Origin: an uncultured Gammaproteobacteria bacterium
GTDB taxonomy: Bacteria; Patescibacteriota; Microgenomatia; Levybacterales; GWA1-39-11
Reading direction: 5' to 3'
Assembly (NCBI GenBank): GCA_964409875.1
Contig: CAYPEN010000001.1
Location: 70,362 to 134,361, forward strand
DNA: 64,000 bases
Shown here: piece after piece, positions 1 to 9,257 of the stretch
How positions within the stretch are numbered: the stretch's first letter is position 1
How the letters are laid out: each line of letters starts with the position of its first letter
Position numbers and translations under genes: made by a program
Notes under the pieces: generated by a model
The model's database searches: none
What the model saw: only the letters and a program-made list of their open reading frames with translations
Told to the model about the DNA's origin: nothing

Positions 1-168
1 GCCCGCGGGAAGTCATTCTGCGTCCCGAGTGCCATCCCCATGCCTTGCGCTCTTTGAGAATGTTAGGTGTAATAAGCTCTTTCATGGAACCATTATATCT
101 TATAGTGTTATAGAACACAATAAAAATTGTTCTTGCTTTTTTTTTGATGAGCCTGTACCATATCAAAT

Positions 169-630
169 ATGGAAAAGACAGTAGTTCTTATAAAGCCCGA
201 CGGCGTTCAAAGAGGACTTATTGGAGAAATTATTTCCAGGTTTGAGAAGAAAGGATTAAAGCTATCGGCACTTAAAATGATGAATATGACCGATGAAATT
301 ATTGATGAGTGGTACGCACATCACAAAGAGCGTCCATTTTTTCCCGCTTTGAAAGCATTTATGACTTCTTATCCAATTGTTGCGATGGTATGGGAGGGAA
401 TTGAAGCAGCTTCGGTTGTCAGGAAAATGATTGGCATAACCCAAGCCCGTCAAGCAGAACCGGGAACTATCCGCGGTGATTTTGCTATAAGTACTCAAAT
501 GAATCTCATCCACGCGTCAGAATCATTTGAAGCAGCACAAAAGGAATTGGGAATTCTTTTCCAAGACACTGATATCTTCAGTTGGGAAAGGACAGATTCG
601 CCCCATCTATACGGCGCCGACGAGCGGTAA
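169..630 (+). CDS. ndk: nucleoside diphosphate kinase
   Basis: 153 aa. N-terminus VVLIKPDGVQRGLIGEIISRFEKKGL and the NDK active-site region are conserved. Typical size. Confidence 0.9.
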   Translation: MEKTVVLIKPDGVQRGLIGEIISRFEKKGLKLSALKMMNMTDEIIDEWYAHHKERPFFPALKAFMTSYPIVAMVWEGIEAASVVRKMIGITQARQAEPGTIRGDFAISTQMNLIHASESFEAAQKELGILFQDTDIFSWERTDSPHLYGADER

Positions 631-631
631 A

Positions 632-1423
632 TTACCGTGCCATTCTTTCAAGGTATTGAAGATACGCCCTTTGCTTGCTGATTTCATACCTGGTTTCTAT
701 CAAATCCTTTGTGCGTTCATCTGTCTCAAGTGCTTTCATCTGATCACTTAGGGCACGTATTTCTTCGCGGACAATAAGTTGAGTCAGGGGTATCCTATCT
801 CCCAGGCGTGCATCTTCCACCATTCTAAAAAATCTCAATTTTTCCTCACTGACTCTATCTATTTCAGGATTTATCCAGTAAGGTATCTGTGACAGGCCCC
901 CTTTGAGGAGCATTCCATCGACCAGGAGGCGGCCGAGTCTTCCATTTCCATCCACGAATGGGTGGATATCTTCAAGACGGGTCATGGTATCTACTGCATT
1001 TTCAATTACATATTCGATGTCTTTTGGTTCTTCAATTGCCGTTTTCATGTATCTTCCATAGTCTTCGCCAAGCTCTTTCATCGCAGGAATTTTTTCGCGG
1101 CCTTGAACGAAAGGTTTGGGTTGCCATGGGAGAGAAGAGATGATGCGCCGGGGTGCAGTAAAGTATTTGCCAGGATACCCTCCGATATCGGGAATATGAG
1201 CTGAAAGAGTGGAATGGAGGTCAATAATTGTATGCTCTCCGAATTGATACGTAGGGTCGGCTAAAAAAGAGCCCATTCTTGAATAGGCGCAAGAAAGGTC
1301 TTCAAGTTGTCTGACTTCGGGGGTGAGTCTTAATGCAGCTTCAGCATTATGGCGGGCTGTCCATGCCTCAAGAGCTGTAACATCATGCATCGCATCAATT
1401 GAGTGAGGGTGCTCCGTTATCAT
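632..1423 (-). CDS. Fic/DOC family protein (putative AMPylase)
   Basis: 263 aa. Canonical Fic motif HPFVDGNGRLGRLL (HxFx[DE]GNGRxxR). Confidence 0.8.
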   Translation of the reverse strand: MITEHPHSIDAMHDVTALEAWTARHNAEAALRLTPEVRQLEDLSCAYSRMGSFLADPTYQFGEHTIIDLHSTLSAHIPDIGGYPGKYFTAPRRIISSLPWQPKPFVQGREKIPAMKELGEDYGRYMKTAIEEPKDIEYVIENAVDTMTRLEDIHPFVDGNGRLGRLLVDGMLLKGGLSQIPYWINPEIDRVSEEKLRFFRMVEDARLGDRIPLTQLIVREEIRALSDQMKALETDERTKDLIETRYEISKQRAYLQYLERMAR

Positions 1424-1586
1424 AGGACAATAATAATTTCTCGATAAATGCTCCGGTAGGCATTTGCTGGCCTTGTTTTAACTCAATAATAAGATTTGTT
1501 GTTATTCCCGTAATTCTATGTTGGTTTGAAACTTCGTGTTTTACTTCTTCTATAAGTTGTGTTGATTCTTGTTCTTGTCTGGCCAC
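1395..1586 (-). CDS. small hypothetical protein immediately upstream of and overlapping the Fic gene
   Basis: 63-aa ORF, same strand. Its stop overlaps the Fic start by ~29 nt. No recognisable motif. Confidence 0.3.
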   Translation of the reverse strand: MARQEQESTQLIEEVKHEVSNQHRITGITTNLIIELKQGQQMPTGAFIEKLLLSYDNGAPSLN

Positions 1587-1611
1587 TTCCTGCCTCCTTT
1601 GAATAATTATA

Positions 1612-2271
1612 CTACAAGATATCTTTTGAGGGAAGCGGTTGAGCGTTATTTACGGTAAAAATTCCGACACGGCTTCGTAAGAGATGGGAAAGATACCCTC
1701 CGGTTCCTAATTTTTCCCCGATGTCGCGGGCAAGCGAGCGGATGTAGACGCCGGGGCCCGTTATAATTTTAAGCTTTAGAAGAGGGTAGTTATATTCAAG
1801 TATTCCGATACTTTTCACGAAAACCGGACGAGGTTTGAGTTCAATCTCTTCACCTTTTCTCACTCTCCGGTGTGCAGGTTTACCGTTTATTTTCACGGAG
1901 GAATAAATAGGAGGCGTTTGCATAATATTGCCAACAAATAATTTACTCACTTTCTCTATATCATCCCGCGTGGGTATTATATTTATACTTACACTTTGCT
2001 TTTCACCTTCATTATCATCTGTCGTTGATGTTTGGCCCAGGGTTACTTTTGCTATGTATTCTTTTTCACCTTTTACATATTGATCAAGTTGCTTTGTGTT
2101 TTCCCGTCCGACCGCAATGACAAGCACCCCCTCAGCCAATGGGTCTAAGGTTCCACCATGACCAACACGCTTTACCCCGGTTTTTTTCCTCACAATATTT
2201 ACCACATCATGAGATGTTATGCCAAGAGGCTTGTAAACTGCAAAAATTCCGTCCATTGGGAGATTATACAC
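1612..2271 (-). CDS. truB: tRNA pseudouridine(55) synthase TruB
   Basis: 219 aa. GHGGTLDPLAEGVLVIAVG catalytic motif. N-terminus FAVYKPLGITSHDVV. Confidence 0.85.
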   Translation of the reverse strand: MYNLPMDGIFAVYKPLGITSHDVVNIVRKKTGVKRVGHGGTLDPLAEGVLVIAVGRENTKQLDQYVKGEKEYIAKVTLGQTSTTDDNEGEKQSVSINIIPTRDDIEKVSKLFVGNIMQTPPIYSSVKINGKPAHRRVRKGEEIELKPRPVFVKSIGILEYNYPLLKLKIITGPGVYIRSLARDIGEKLGTGGYLSHLLRSRVGIFTVNNAQPLPSKDIL

Positions 2272-2275
2272 TTAA

Positions 2276-3931
2276 TTATTGGTTGATTTCCGTGAATTCG
2301 TAGGTGGTGAGTTGATGCGGATAGTTGTATCCGCTCGTAAATCCAAAGTACGGGGTTGAGTAGGAACTGTCGTATTTACCCATGACAAGGACATACACGA
2401 CATATTTGTTGGGATTATTGCCTCTTCTATAGCTGTATGTTCCAAGCCTTTGAGTAACCGGACTTCCTTGCTGGATGTATTTACCCAGAAGCTCTGTAAG
2501 TGAGGCGGGATACCGGTTATTTTCAACGTAGTACATTGTCAGTGCTTTATTAATTTCGTTCATGTCTTGAGTTTGAAGCTCCTGTTGGGCCTTTTGCTGG
2601 CGGGCTGCTTTTGTAAGGAATGAATCCTGAAATAACTTCATATATTCTTCAATGGTCACTGTTTTTGAGGGGGGTGCGATGGTAACCGGCTTGTTAACGT
2701 CAGTCAAAACCACTACGGTTGAAAATGCGAGTTTTGCCTTGCCTAAATCTCCCAGGCCAAAGAAATCGGTGGGTTGTGTATATTGGACTGTTCTGGTAGA
2801 CGGAGCAGAAATAGTCTTTATCGGCGGAGAGTAACTGGGGTACATCATCTTTTGAATGAATCCTAAATCCATTTGTGTTTGAAGGCTCGTTTTTCTGACA
2901 ATTGCATCGTCCTTTCCGACCCACACTTCCAAATGTAATTGCTCAAAACTTGAAGCGAGAGCGTCTGTCGCTTCCTGATATTCTTTCTTCTGTAAATCTT
3001 TGTGTTGATTTATGTACTCAAGGATTATTTGTTTTACCTTTTCTCTTGACGGATTAAGAAGTAAATGATAGGTATTAACACCGTCGATTTTCTCATCCTT
3101 CAATTTCTTAACTTCAGGCAAAATACTGCTTTTAAGCAGGAAGTCCTCCGACTCCTCACGGATTTTATTGGTTATTGAAGTGCTTTCAATATTTTTCTCA
3201 AGTTCTTCACGTGCTTTGGTGGGGAGACTTTTGAATTCGTACTTAATCCAATTTTTGAAGAGCTCTTCAAAATTTGCTTTTATTTCCTCTTGGGGCGTTT
3301 GGGTTTGTGTTGTAATTCCTGCATAACTTCCCAGATTCATGACCTCAGCCGGTAATTTATCAAGTTTTGCATAAATCGCCTTGTTTTTCTCAATAATTTT
3401 TCCATCAACTTCATACGAATGCCCGCCAAAATTAACGGCAGCTTTCCCATCGATGCTGAAGGCAATATTTTTCTCATCTGTGATGTCAACGGGCCCTTTC
3501 ACTTGTAGATCAATTGAGCCCAACTCAACATCTGCGGTCTTAAGCTGTGCAGTCAGTGAAAAGTCGGGGGTATATGTTTTTAACCTTGTATTTTTATCAA
3601 CAGCAGTAATCAAAATTTGTTCAGGATTCTTCGGAATAAGCGGAATTTTATAGAAAAGAAGAGTCAAGTCTTTTCTGTGGGAGGAGAGAATGGGAAGTTT
3701 TGTTTTTGTATATACGGTTACCGCCATGCCGCCAATAACAACGACTATAATCAGAAAAAACAATACTCCAAAAGTTATGAGAAATTTTCTTAGTGTGTTG
3801 TGTCTGAAGGGACTTGCCATGGAAGGAGCGCTCACCGGATTTGTAACAGGGGGAGGTGGAGGCGCAGGGGGAGCTGCAGGAGGCTGGACAGGTTGAGTAG
3901 GTTCCATAAATGATACTTCCATTATGACCAC
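2276..3931 (-). CDS. membrane-anchored protein with Pro-rich N-terminus and C-terminal pseudopilin(GspG)-like segment
   Basis: 551 aa. N-terminal PPAAPPAPPPPP stretch followed by a TM helix. C-terminal LTMYYVENNRYPASLTELLG resembles the ALxMYxxDNGRYP motif of type II secretion pseudopilins/type IV pilins. No prepilin leader. The true start may be an internal Met because the 5' end overlaps the divergent EEP gene. Confidence 0.5.
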   Translation of the reverse strand: MVIMEVSFMEPTQPVQPPAAPPAPPPPPVTNPVSAPSMASPFRHNTLRKFLITFGVLFFLIIVVVIGGMAVTVYTKTKLPILSSHRKDLTLLFYKIPLIPKNPEQILITAVDKNTRLKTYTPDFSLTAQLKTADVELGSIDLQVKGPVDITDEKNIAFSIDGKAAVNFGGHSYEVDGKIIEKNKAIYAKLDKLPAEVMNLGSYAGITTQTQTPQEEIKANFEELFKNWIKYEFKSLPTKAREELEKNIESTSITNKIREESEDFLLKSSILPEVKKLKDEKIDGVNTYHLLLNPSREKVKQIILEYINQHKDLQKKEYQEATDALASSFEQLHLEVWVGKDDAIVRKTSLQTQMDLGFIQKMMYPSYSPPIKTISAPSTRTVQYTQPTDFFGLGDLGKAKLAFSTVVVLTDVNKPVTIAPPSKTVTIEEYMKLFQDSFLTKAARQQKAQQELQTQDMNEINKALTMYYVENNRYPASLTELLGKYIQQGSPVTQRLGTYSYRRGNNPNKYVVYVLVMGKYDSSYSTPYFGFTSGYNYPHQLTTYEFTEINQ

Positions 3932-4736
3932 ACAGGTAGTTCAAATGCAATATGATGTGTATAATTGTGAAATGCAATTAAAATTTTTAACGGTTAACAT
4001 ATGGTTTGGCGGGAAGATATGGGACAATCTCGTTAATTTTATCAATTCTGAAAAGCCTGATGTTTTGGCGGTACAAGAGGTTTATAGCGGACAAAATCCT
4101 TTTCTTGAAAAAAGATTCAGGACCATGAATGAATTCACAGAGTTATTTGGAAGCTTTTTGCCTCATAATGCATTTGGAGCTACATTACTTGATACCGGCG
4201 TTGATGTTGTCTGGGGGAATGCTGTTTTTTCAAAGTTTCCCATAACACATCACCGGACCGTATTTTTCGATTTACCATATGGCGAATATGACTTTTCAAC
4301 AGATACGGACCCACGGTTTGCAACAGAGGGAATGCTTGAAGCAGAACTTGATGTTAACGGTAAAAAACTTTTTACATATAGTTGGCATGGAGTCTGGAAC
4401 ACTCATGGTGGTGACACGGAGAACCGTTTTATAATGGGAGAGAAAATTATTGAGGCAATAAAGGGTAAGGAGAGTGTGATACTTGCCGGCGACACCAATG
4501 TGAACCCTGATACTAACGTCATTGCAAATATCTCCGGGAAATTAGGGCTTAAAAGTGTTTTTGGAACAAGTTTGCAAAGTACATTTAACATGAAGCAAAA
4601 AAAGGAGCCCGGAAATTATGCCCACTCGCCCGTTGATATGGTATTTGTAAGCCAAAATATTCAAATTATAGAGAAGGAAATGCCGCAAGTTGATGTTTCA
4701 GACCACTATCCGCTAAAAGTAATTCTTGAAGTATAG
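3924..4736 (+). CDS. endonuclease/exonuclease/phosphatase (EEP) family protein
   Basis: 270 aa. N-terminal NIWFGG...PDVLAVQEV and C-terminal SDHYP motifs of the EEP fold. Confidence 0.7.
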   Translation: MTTQVVQMQYDVYNCEMQLKFLTVNIWFGGKIWDNLVNFINSEKPDVLAVQEVYSGQNPFLEKRFRTMNEFTELFGSFLPHNAFGATLLDTGVDVVWGNAVFSKFPITHHRTVFFDLPYGEYDFSTDTDPRFATEGMLEAELDVNGKKLFTYSWHGVWNTHGGDTENRFIMGEKIIEAIKGKESVILAGDTNVNPDTNVIANISGKLGLKSVFGTSLQSTFNMKQKKEPGNYAHSPVDMVFVSQNIQIIEKEMPQVDVSDHYPLKVILEV

Positions 4737-4737
4737 A

Positions 4738-5493
4738 TTAATTCGCGGCTTTTAAGGTTTTTATGATTTGGTCCATTTCCAAAAGTACATTTTTGTCTTC
4801 GTTGTCCGGCACGCTGTAGGTGATAAAACCGTATGTAGTTGGCATTCCAAATGAGCCGTTTGAGGCAGGTGTTTTCATGCAAAATGTGTAATTGGTAAAA
4901 CTATTTTGTGATGGCCGTGCAATCCGTCTTAGAATACCTGTGTCAGTTACGATGTCCACAAATTTTTTGCCACGGAAGTCTTGGACAAACGGATTGCCGG
5001 TTGGAAGCGGGTCTTCAAATACACAAAGACCACCTTCAGAAGGAGCCTGGAATATTTTTATGGAGTATTCACCTTTGACAAGAACTATGCTGTCCGTTAC
5101 TCCATCGTTTTCAACGTCTTTGGTCCAGGTTTCAGGATAGGAAATTGTGTAAGAAGGGAAGGATGTTGACTGCAATTTGGTGCTTGTGTAATTTACCCAT
5201 TTGGTAGAAGGGGGAAGGGTTGGTTTTTCCTCCGATGGTAATTGTTTTTGAGTAGAGTTTGAGGACACGCCAGTGGGTGTCGGAGTGGTTGATGACTTAT
5301 TTTGCTTTTGTGAGGTAGTAAGCAATATAACGGCCGCTATTACAAATGCAAGAAAAACGAGAGCTCCGATAATAAAAAATTTGCGTTTGTTGTTGCCGTT
5401 TGCCGGTTGTATGGAGGGTGGTGAGGGAATAACAGGTTGGGATATTTGGGGATCCATATTTTTCATTCTTCCATGAATTAAAAAATTTTGCAA
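4738..5493 (-). CDS. hypothetical secreted/membrane-anchored protein (Ser/Thr/Pro-rich linker)
   Basis: 251 aa. N-terminal TM helix followed by a low-complexity S/T/P-rich region. Confidence 0.45.
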   Translation of the reverse strand: MQNFLIHGRMKNMDPQISQPVIPSPPSIQPANGNNKRKFFIIGALVFLAFVIAAVILLTTSQKQNKSSTTPTPTGVSSNSTQKQLPSEEKPTLPPSTKWVNYTSTKLQSTSFPSYTISYPETWTKDVENDGVTDSIVLVKGEYSIKIFQAPSEGGLCVFEDPLPTGNPFVQDFRGKKFVDIVTDTGILRRIARPSQNSFTNYTFCMKTPASNGSFGMPTTYGFITYSVPDNEDKNVLLEMDQIIKTLKAAN

Positions 5494-5516
5494 TCAAATT
5501 AACCGGAGAATAAGTA

Positions 5517-6674
5517 CTAAATAACAGGTTGGGATTTATCTATTGAAAGAAGCTGTAATCCATTTTCCCAGCCCATTTTTTCTGCAATCTCATTTGCCGG
5601 TGTCAGCTTCCCCTTCACCTCTCTGGTTATGCCTTCAATAATTTGCATCGATGCTTCCTGGGCAGTTCCAAACTTCACAAGTCCCTGAGTTGCGGCAACA
5701 GTTATACCATCAGTTGTATCAACTATTCTTCCTGCCTTGCCAACTTCTACAGGTCCCTGGATTTTTTCCGGGTCGAATACGTTTAACCAGCCTTCGGAAG
5801 TTGGGTTGGGAACCCATGCACCCGGTCTATTAGATGCCCCCTTTGTGATGTGGTAAATTTCGTGTGCTGTACCTAGATGCAGTTGGACTTCTTCTTTTGT
5901 TACTCGTGGTTCTGCGTCAGTGCGGTTGTTTTGTTCTTGGCCTACATATAGTTTGCCGAGACGGTACGCAGAAGCTATCGTATCAACACCTTCAAGAGTA
6001 GTTGCAATGGCTACACCAACCATTTCACCGACCGCAGTTGTATTGGTGTGTGTGTCATCTATCTCGGTGAAGTTGCGGGCAATAACATGTCCGGAGTCCA
6101 TCAACTTTGGGTCTTTGCCATCATCCTCTATCCGGTAAAATGTTGCACCTGTTCTGAATTTATTCCGTTCGTTGGTGTTGCCGGACATAATAAGTCTTGC
6201 CACCGCAGAGCCTCCCGGATGAAGAGGAAGAGGTGTCAAGTGAATAGCAGCCATTCCCAAACGCGCGCTTTTTATCTGTTCTATGCCTACAGTTGGAGTG
6301 AAGTTAGCACCTACTATTAGGTCTGCTTTGTAGTTTTTTAAAGCCGGAAGGAAATTTTTATCCTCAAAGTCCGAAAAGGTAAAATCCTCAATCCCTTGTT
6401 CTTTTGCCAATTTTCTTACCGGGTCGAAATCCTTATCACTTTTTTTCTTCATTGGTCCGCCGACAGCAACCACCTCATGTCCTCTATCTATCAGCCCCTG
6501 TACAACTCCTTCACCAATTGGACCCATGCCGATAACAATTGTCCGAAGCGAGGTTGTTAGCGGGTTCTCCGGATGTAACGTTATTTCTGACTTGTCGAAA
6601 TTGCGGATATCCTTTAGGATTGGAATTGCAAGCTGTGCGTTCTCTTGGGGAGTAGAATGTAATATCTCTGCCAT
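5517..6674 (-). CDS. hypothetical protein with N-terminal Rossmann-type (GxGxxG) dinucleotide-binding domain
   Basis: 385 aa. IVIGMGPIGEGVVQGLIDRGHEVVAV matches the GxGxxG fingerprint. Remainder unassigned, with weak formyltransferase-like resemblance. Confidence 0.35.
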   Translation of the reverse strand: MAEILHSTPQENAQLAIPILKDIRNFDKSEITLHPENPLTTSLRTIVIGMGPIGEGVVQGLIDRGHEVVAVGGPMKKKSDKDFDPVRKLAKEQGIEDFTFSDFEDKNFLPALKNYKADLIVGANFTPTVGIEQIKSARLGMAAIHLTPLPLHPGGSAVARLIMSGNTNERNKFRTGATFYRIEDDGKDPKLMDSGHVIARNFTEIDDTHTNTTAVGEMVGVAIATTLEGVDTIASAYRLGKLYVGQEQNNRTDAEPRVTKEEVQLHLGTAHEIYHITKGASNRPGAWVPNPTSEGWLNVFDPEKIQGPVEVGKAGRIVDTTDGITVAATQGLVKFGTAQEASMQIIEGITREVKGKLTPANEIAEKMGWENGLQLLSIDKSQPVI

Positions 6675-6748
6675 TAATTGTCAAATGTATACCAGTTGAA
6701 ATTTGTTGTCAATATCGTGTGTTTTCGTTCAGTCGGGGTGGAGGGAAT

Positions 6749-6912
6749 AAGAACTCTGCTTCGTAAAGACCTTGATTACATTAAGAACTCTGCTTCGTAA
6801 AGACCTTGATTACATTAAGAACTCTGCTTCGTAAAGACCTTGATTGCATTAAGAACTCTGCTTCGCAAAGACCTTGATTACATTAAGAACTCTGCTTCGC
6901 AAAGACCTTGTT
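6749..6912. repeat. tandem direct repeat, 34-bp unit x ~4.8 (aagaactctgcttcg[t/c]aaagaccttgattacatt)
   Basis: Read directly. Contiguous copies with no spacers. Flanked by 22-nt direct repeats (6726-6748 and 6934-6957); the second is the 3' end of tRNA-Pro. Confidence 0.9.
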
Positions 6913-6941
6913 CCCTCCTACCGCTCCTTCACTTCGTTCAG

Positions 6942-7013
6942 TCGGGGTGGAGGGAATTGAACCCTCTGCCGCACGAACCCGAATCGTGCATGCAACCGAT
7001 ACACCTCACCCCG
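6942..7013 (-). tRNA. tRNA-Pro (anticodon CGG)
   Basis: Manual cloverleaf fold on the minus strand. Acceptor CGGGGTG/CACCCCG. Anticodon loop TTCGGGT. T-arm GAGGG-TTCAATT-CCCTC. 72 nt; CCA not encoded. Confidence 0.75.
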
Positions 7014-7091
7014 AAATGCGACCCCGAGAGGAGTCGTTCTGTTTTACAGTTGCCAAAGGCAACAATCCAATCTTTCGCCGAAGGCAATTTG

Positions 7092-7164
7092 CGACCCCGA
7101 GAGGAGTCGAACCTCCAATCTTTCCCTTAGGACGGGACTGCTCAATCCATTAAGCTACGGGGTC
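7092..7164 (-). tRNA. tRNA-Arg (anticodon CCU)
   Basis: Manual fold. Acceptor GACCCCG/CGGGGTC. D-arm GCTT/GAGC with GG in the loop. Anticodon loop GTCCTAA. T-loop TTCGACT. 73 nt. Confidence 0.8.
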
Positions 7165-7363
7165 ATTTACGTTTTCAATCTGCTCAATCCCTCAGCGCAA
7201 TGCTAACGCATTGAAAGCTACGGGGTCATACGCCGCAAGCTTTGCTTAAACGAAGTTCAAGCTCTGCTTACGGGGTCTAGTTCGTTCGTATTTTATCATC
7301 CATTGTACTCCTGAAGCAAAGGATATGGACATTTTAGACATCATGACTTATAACTAGTCCCAA

Positions 7364-8368
7364 ATGAAAACCCGGTTTCTTTGGGCAGATGTCATTCGGA
7401 TTCTTGCGATTTTTCTGGTTCTTGCAACCCATCTTTCTTACCAGCCCGATTTTGTTACTACTGACGGGCTTATCTATTTTCTGTATTTTGCAGTTGTTAA
7501 AACCTGCATTCCGCTTTTTGTCATGTTGAGTGGTGCGCTGCTTTTGGGAAAGAGTGAGCCATATAACATTTTTTTCAAGAAAAGATTGGGAAGACTTATT
7601 CTTCCGTGGGTTTTTTGGTCAATTGTTTATTTATTTCTTCAAAAAGAATCCATTTCGTCAATTCATGATCTCCCTACATTTATCAAGACACTCATTGCCA
7701 CCATGGAATCTTTCTGGTTCTTGCCGATGATTGTTTGCTTGTATGTCCTAACACCACCAATACGTACTTTTATAGCGCACGCATCAATTAAAGAGATTCT
7801 CTACATTATATTTATCTGGTTTTTAGTTATATCGTTTTTGCCCTACCACCATAATTCAATGGCTTTTCCAAGACAGGTTGACGATGGGCTCCTTCGGCAA
7901 GTAGTCAATTTTTTTGGCTATTATCTTTTGGGATATATTGTTGTCCGAATGAATAAAAAAATCACACCAATTTTTTCTGTTCTGATATTTCTTGTGGGGC
8001 TTTCGTGGACAACGATAATGGTTCTTGCAGCAAACCTACCCTCAGAGCAAATCATGTTTTTATTTGACTACATTGCACCCGGAAATGCCCTGATGTCATT
8101 TGGAATTTTTGCTTGCCTTGTTTCCTTCCTCAAAAATATAAGCCCTGGAAGAAGTAGGGTGCATGAAATTATTGGGTATGTGAGTCAAGCAGCGCTTGGC
8201 ATATATTTTGTTCATGCAATTATCTGGCCGTATCTTCATCAAGTTTTGCGCTTCAAAATCTACCCACTTCCGTATGGAATAGCATCAGTGGTTGCCCTAT
8301 TTGTTATTTGTTTTGTGATAGTTTTTCTTCTTCAAAAGATACCAACAATTAAAAAGTTTGTTGGTTAG
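7364..8368 (+). CDS. acyltransferase family 3 (OafA-like) membrane protein
   Basis: 334 aa, multi-TM. N-terminal FLWADVIRILAIFLVLATH signature of acyltransferase_3. Confidence 0.65.
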   Translation: MKTRFLWADVIRILAIFLVLATHLSYQPDFVTTDGLIYFLYFAVVKTCIPLFVMLSGALLLGKSEPYNIFFKKRLGRLILPWVFWSIVYLFLQKESISSIHDLPTFIKTLIATMESFWFLPMIVCLYVLTPPIRTFIAHASIKEILYIIFIWFLVISFLPYHHNSMAFPRQVDDGLLRQVVNFFGYYLLGYIVVRMNKKITPIFSVLIFLVGLSWTTIMVLAANLPSEQIMFLFDYIAPGNALMSFGIFACLVSFLKNISPGRSRVHEIIGYVSQAALGIYFVHAIIWPYLHQVLRFKIYPLPYGIASVVALFVICFVIVFLLQKIPTIKKFVG

Positions 8369-8386
8369 TTCCCTTGATGACACTCA

Positions 8387-9253
8387 TTGACTAAAAATGC
8401 TACTTGGAATATCATAGTAGACGTGGCTGAGGGACTTACCAAAAAACAATTTAAAGAACTCCGAAAACTTGAAAAGATGCAGGCGCGCACTTTAGATGAG
8501 AAGAATAGTGTAGTGAAATGGATTGCAATAAGTGTTGTAAGCGCATTGTTTCTCCTGCTTTTCGTCGGAATTATTGTTGTAGCAAAGAACAAGAACAAAC
8601 CACAAAACGCAACTGGTGCTGCTCAATTCAGCAACAGCGGACATCCGCGGATGCTGACAAAAGAAGGAAAAGAAGCATCAATTTCTGCAAACCCTTCAAC
8701 AAAAGCTATCACTATGGTAGAGTATGGGGATCTTCAATGTCCCGCGTGTAAGGCATATCATCCACTTGTTTTGGATGTTTTAAAAGAGTACCCCGAGCAA
8801 TTAAAACTTATTTTCAAAAATTTCCCACTCACAACTGTACATAGGAATGCGATGGCAGCAGCAGTAGCTGCTGAGGCTGCAGGCAGACAGAATAAATATT
8901 TCCAATTTGTAGACATGGTATACGAAAAGCAGTTGGAATGGTCGGAACTCGATAACCCGCAAGGAAAATTTGAAGAATACGCAAAAGCATTAGGCCTTAA
9001 TGTTGAGCAATTCAAAAAAGACCAACAGGATAAAGCGATTACAAATCTTATCAATGATGAGCGGAATGAAGGTATTCAAAATGGCGTCACCGGGACTCCG
9101 ACATTTTTCATCAATGGTAAGAAAATTGAAAATCCCGCAAATCTTGATGCTTTCAAAAAGATAATTGATGCCGAATTAAAGCGAGCTACGGGTAATAACC
9201 CCCCAGCGACAAGCACTACAACTGCCCCCGACAAGCTTCCGTTGCAGCAATAG
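8387..9253 (+). CDS. DsbA-like thioredoxin-fold thiol:disulfide oxidoreductase (membrane-anchored)
   Basis: 288 aa. TM helix then YGDLQCPACKAYHP CxxC active site. Start codon uncertain (TTG at 8387 or a downstream ATG). Confidence 0.75.
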   Translation: MTKNATWNIIVDVAEGLTKKQFKELRKLEKMQARTLDEKNSVVKWIAISVVSALFLLLFVGIIVVAKNKNKPQNATGAAQFSNSGHPRMLTKEGKEASISANPSTKAITMVEYGDLQCPACKAYHPLVLDVLKEYPEQLKLIFKNFPLTTVHRNAMAAAVAAEAAGRQNKYFQFVDMVYEKQLEWSELDNPQGKFEEYAKALGLNVEQFKKDQQDKAITNLINDERNEGIQNGVTGTPTFFINGKKIENPANLDAFKKIIDAELKRATGNNPPATSTTTAPDKLPLQQ

Positions 9254-9257
9254 TATC

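Noticed and set aside
6749-6912. 34-bp x ~5 repeat array considered as a CRISPR array
   Set aside because: The copies are directly contiguous with no unique spacers. The array is flanked by tRNA-derived direct repeats, and there are no cas genes nearby.
6840-7153. ORFs 6840..7130 and 6908..7153
   Set aside because: They read through the tandem repeats and two tRNA genes. Artefacts.
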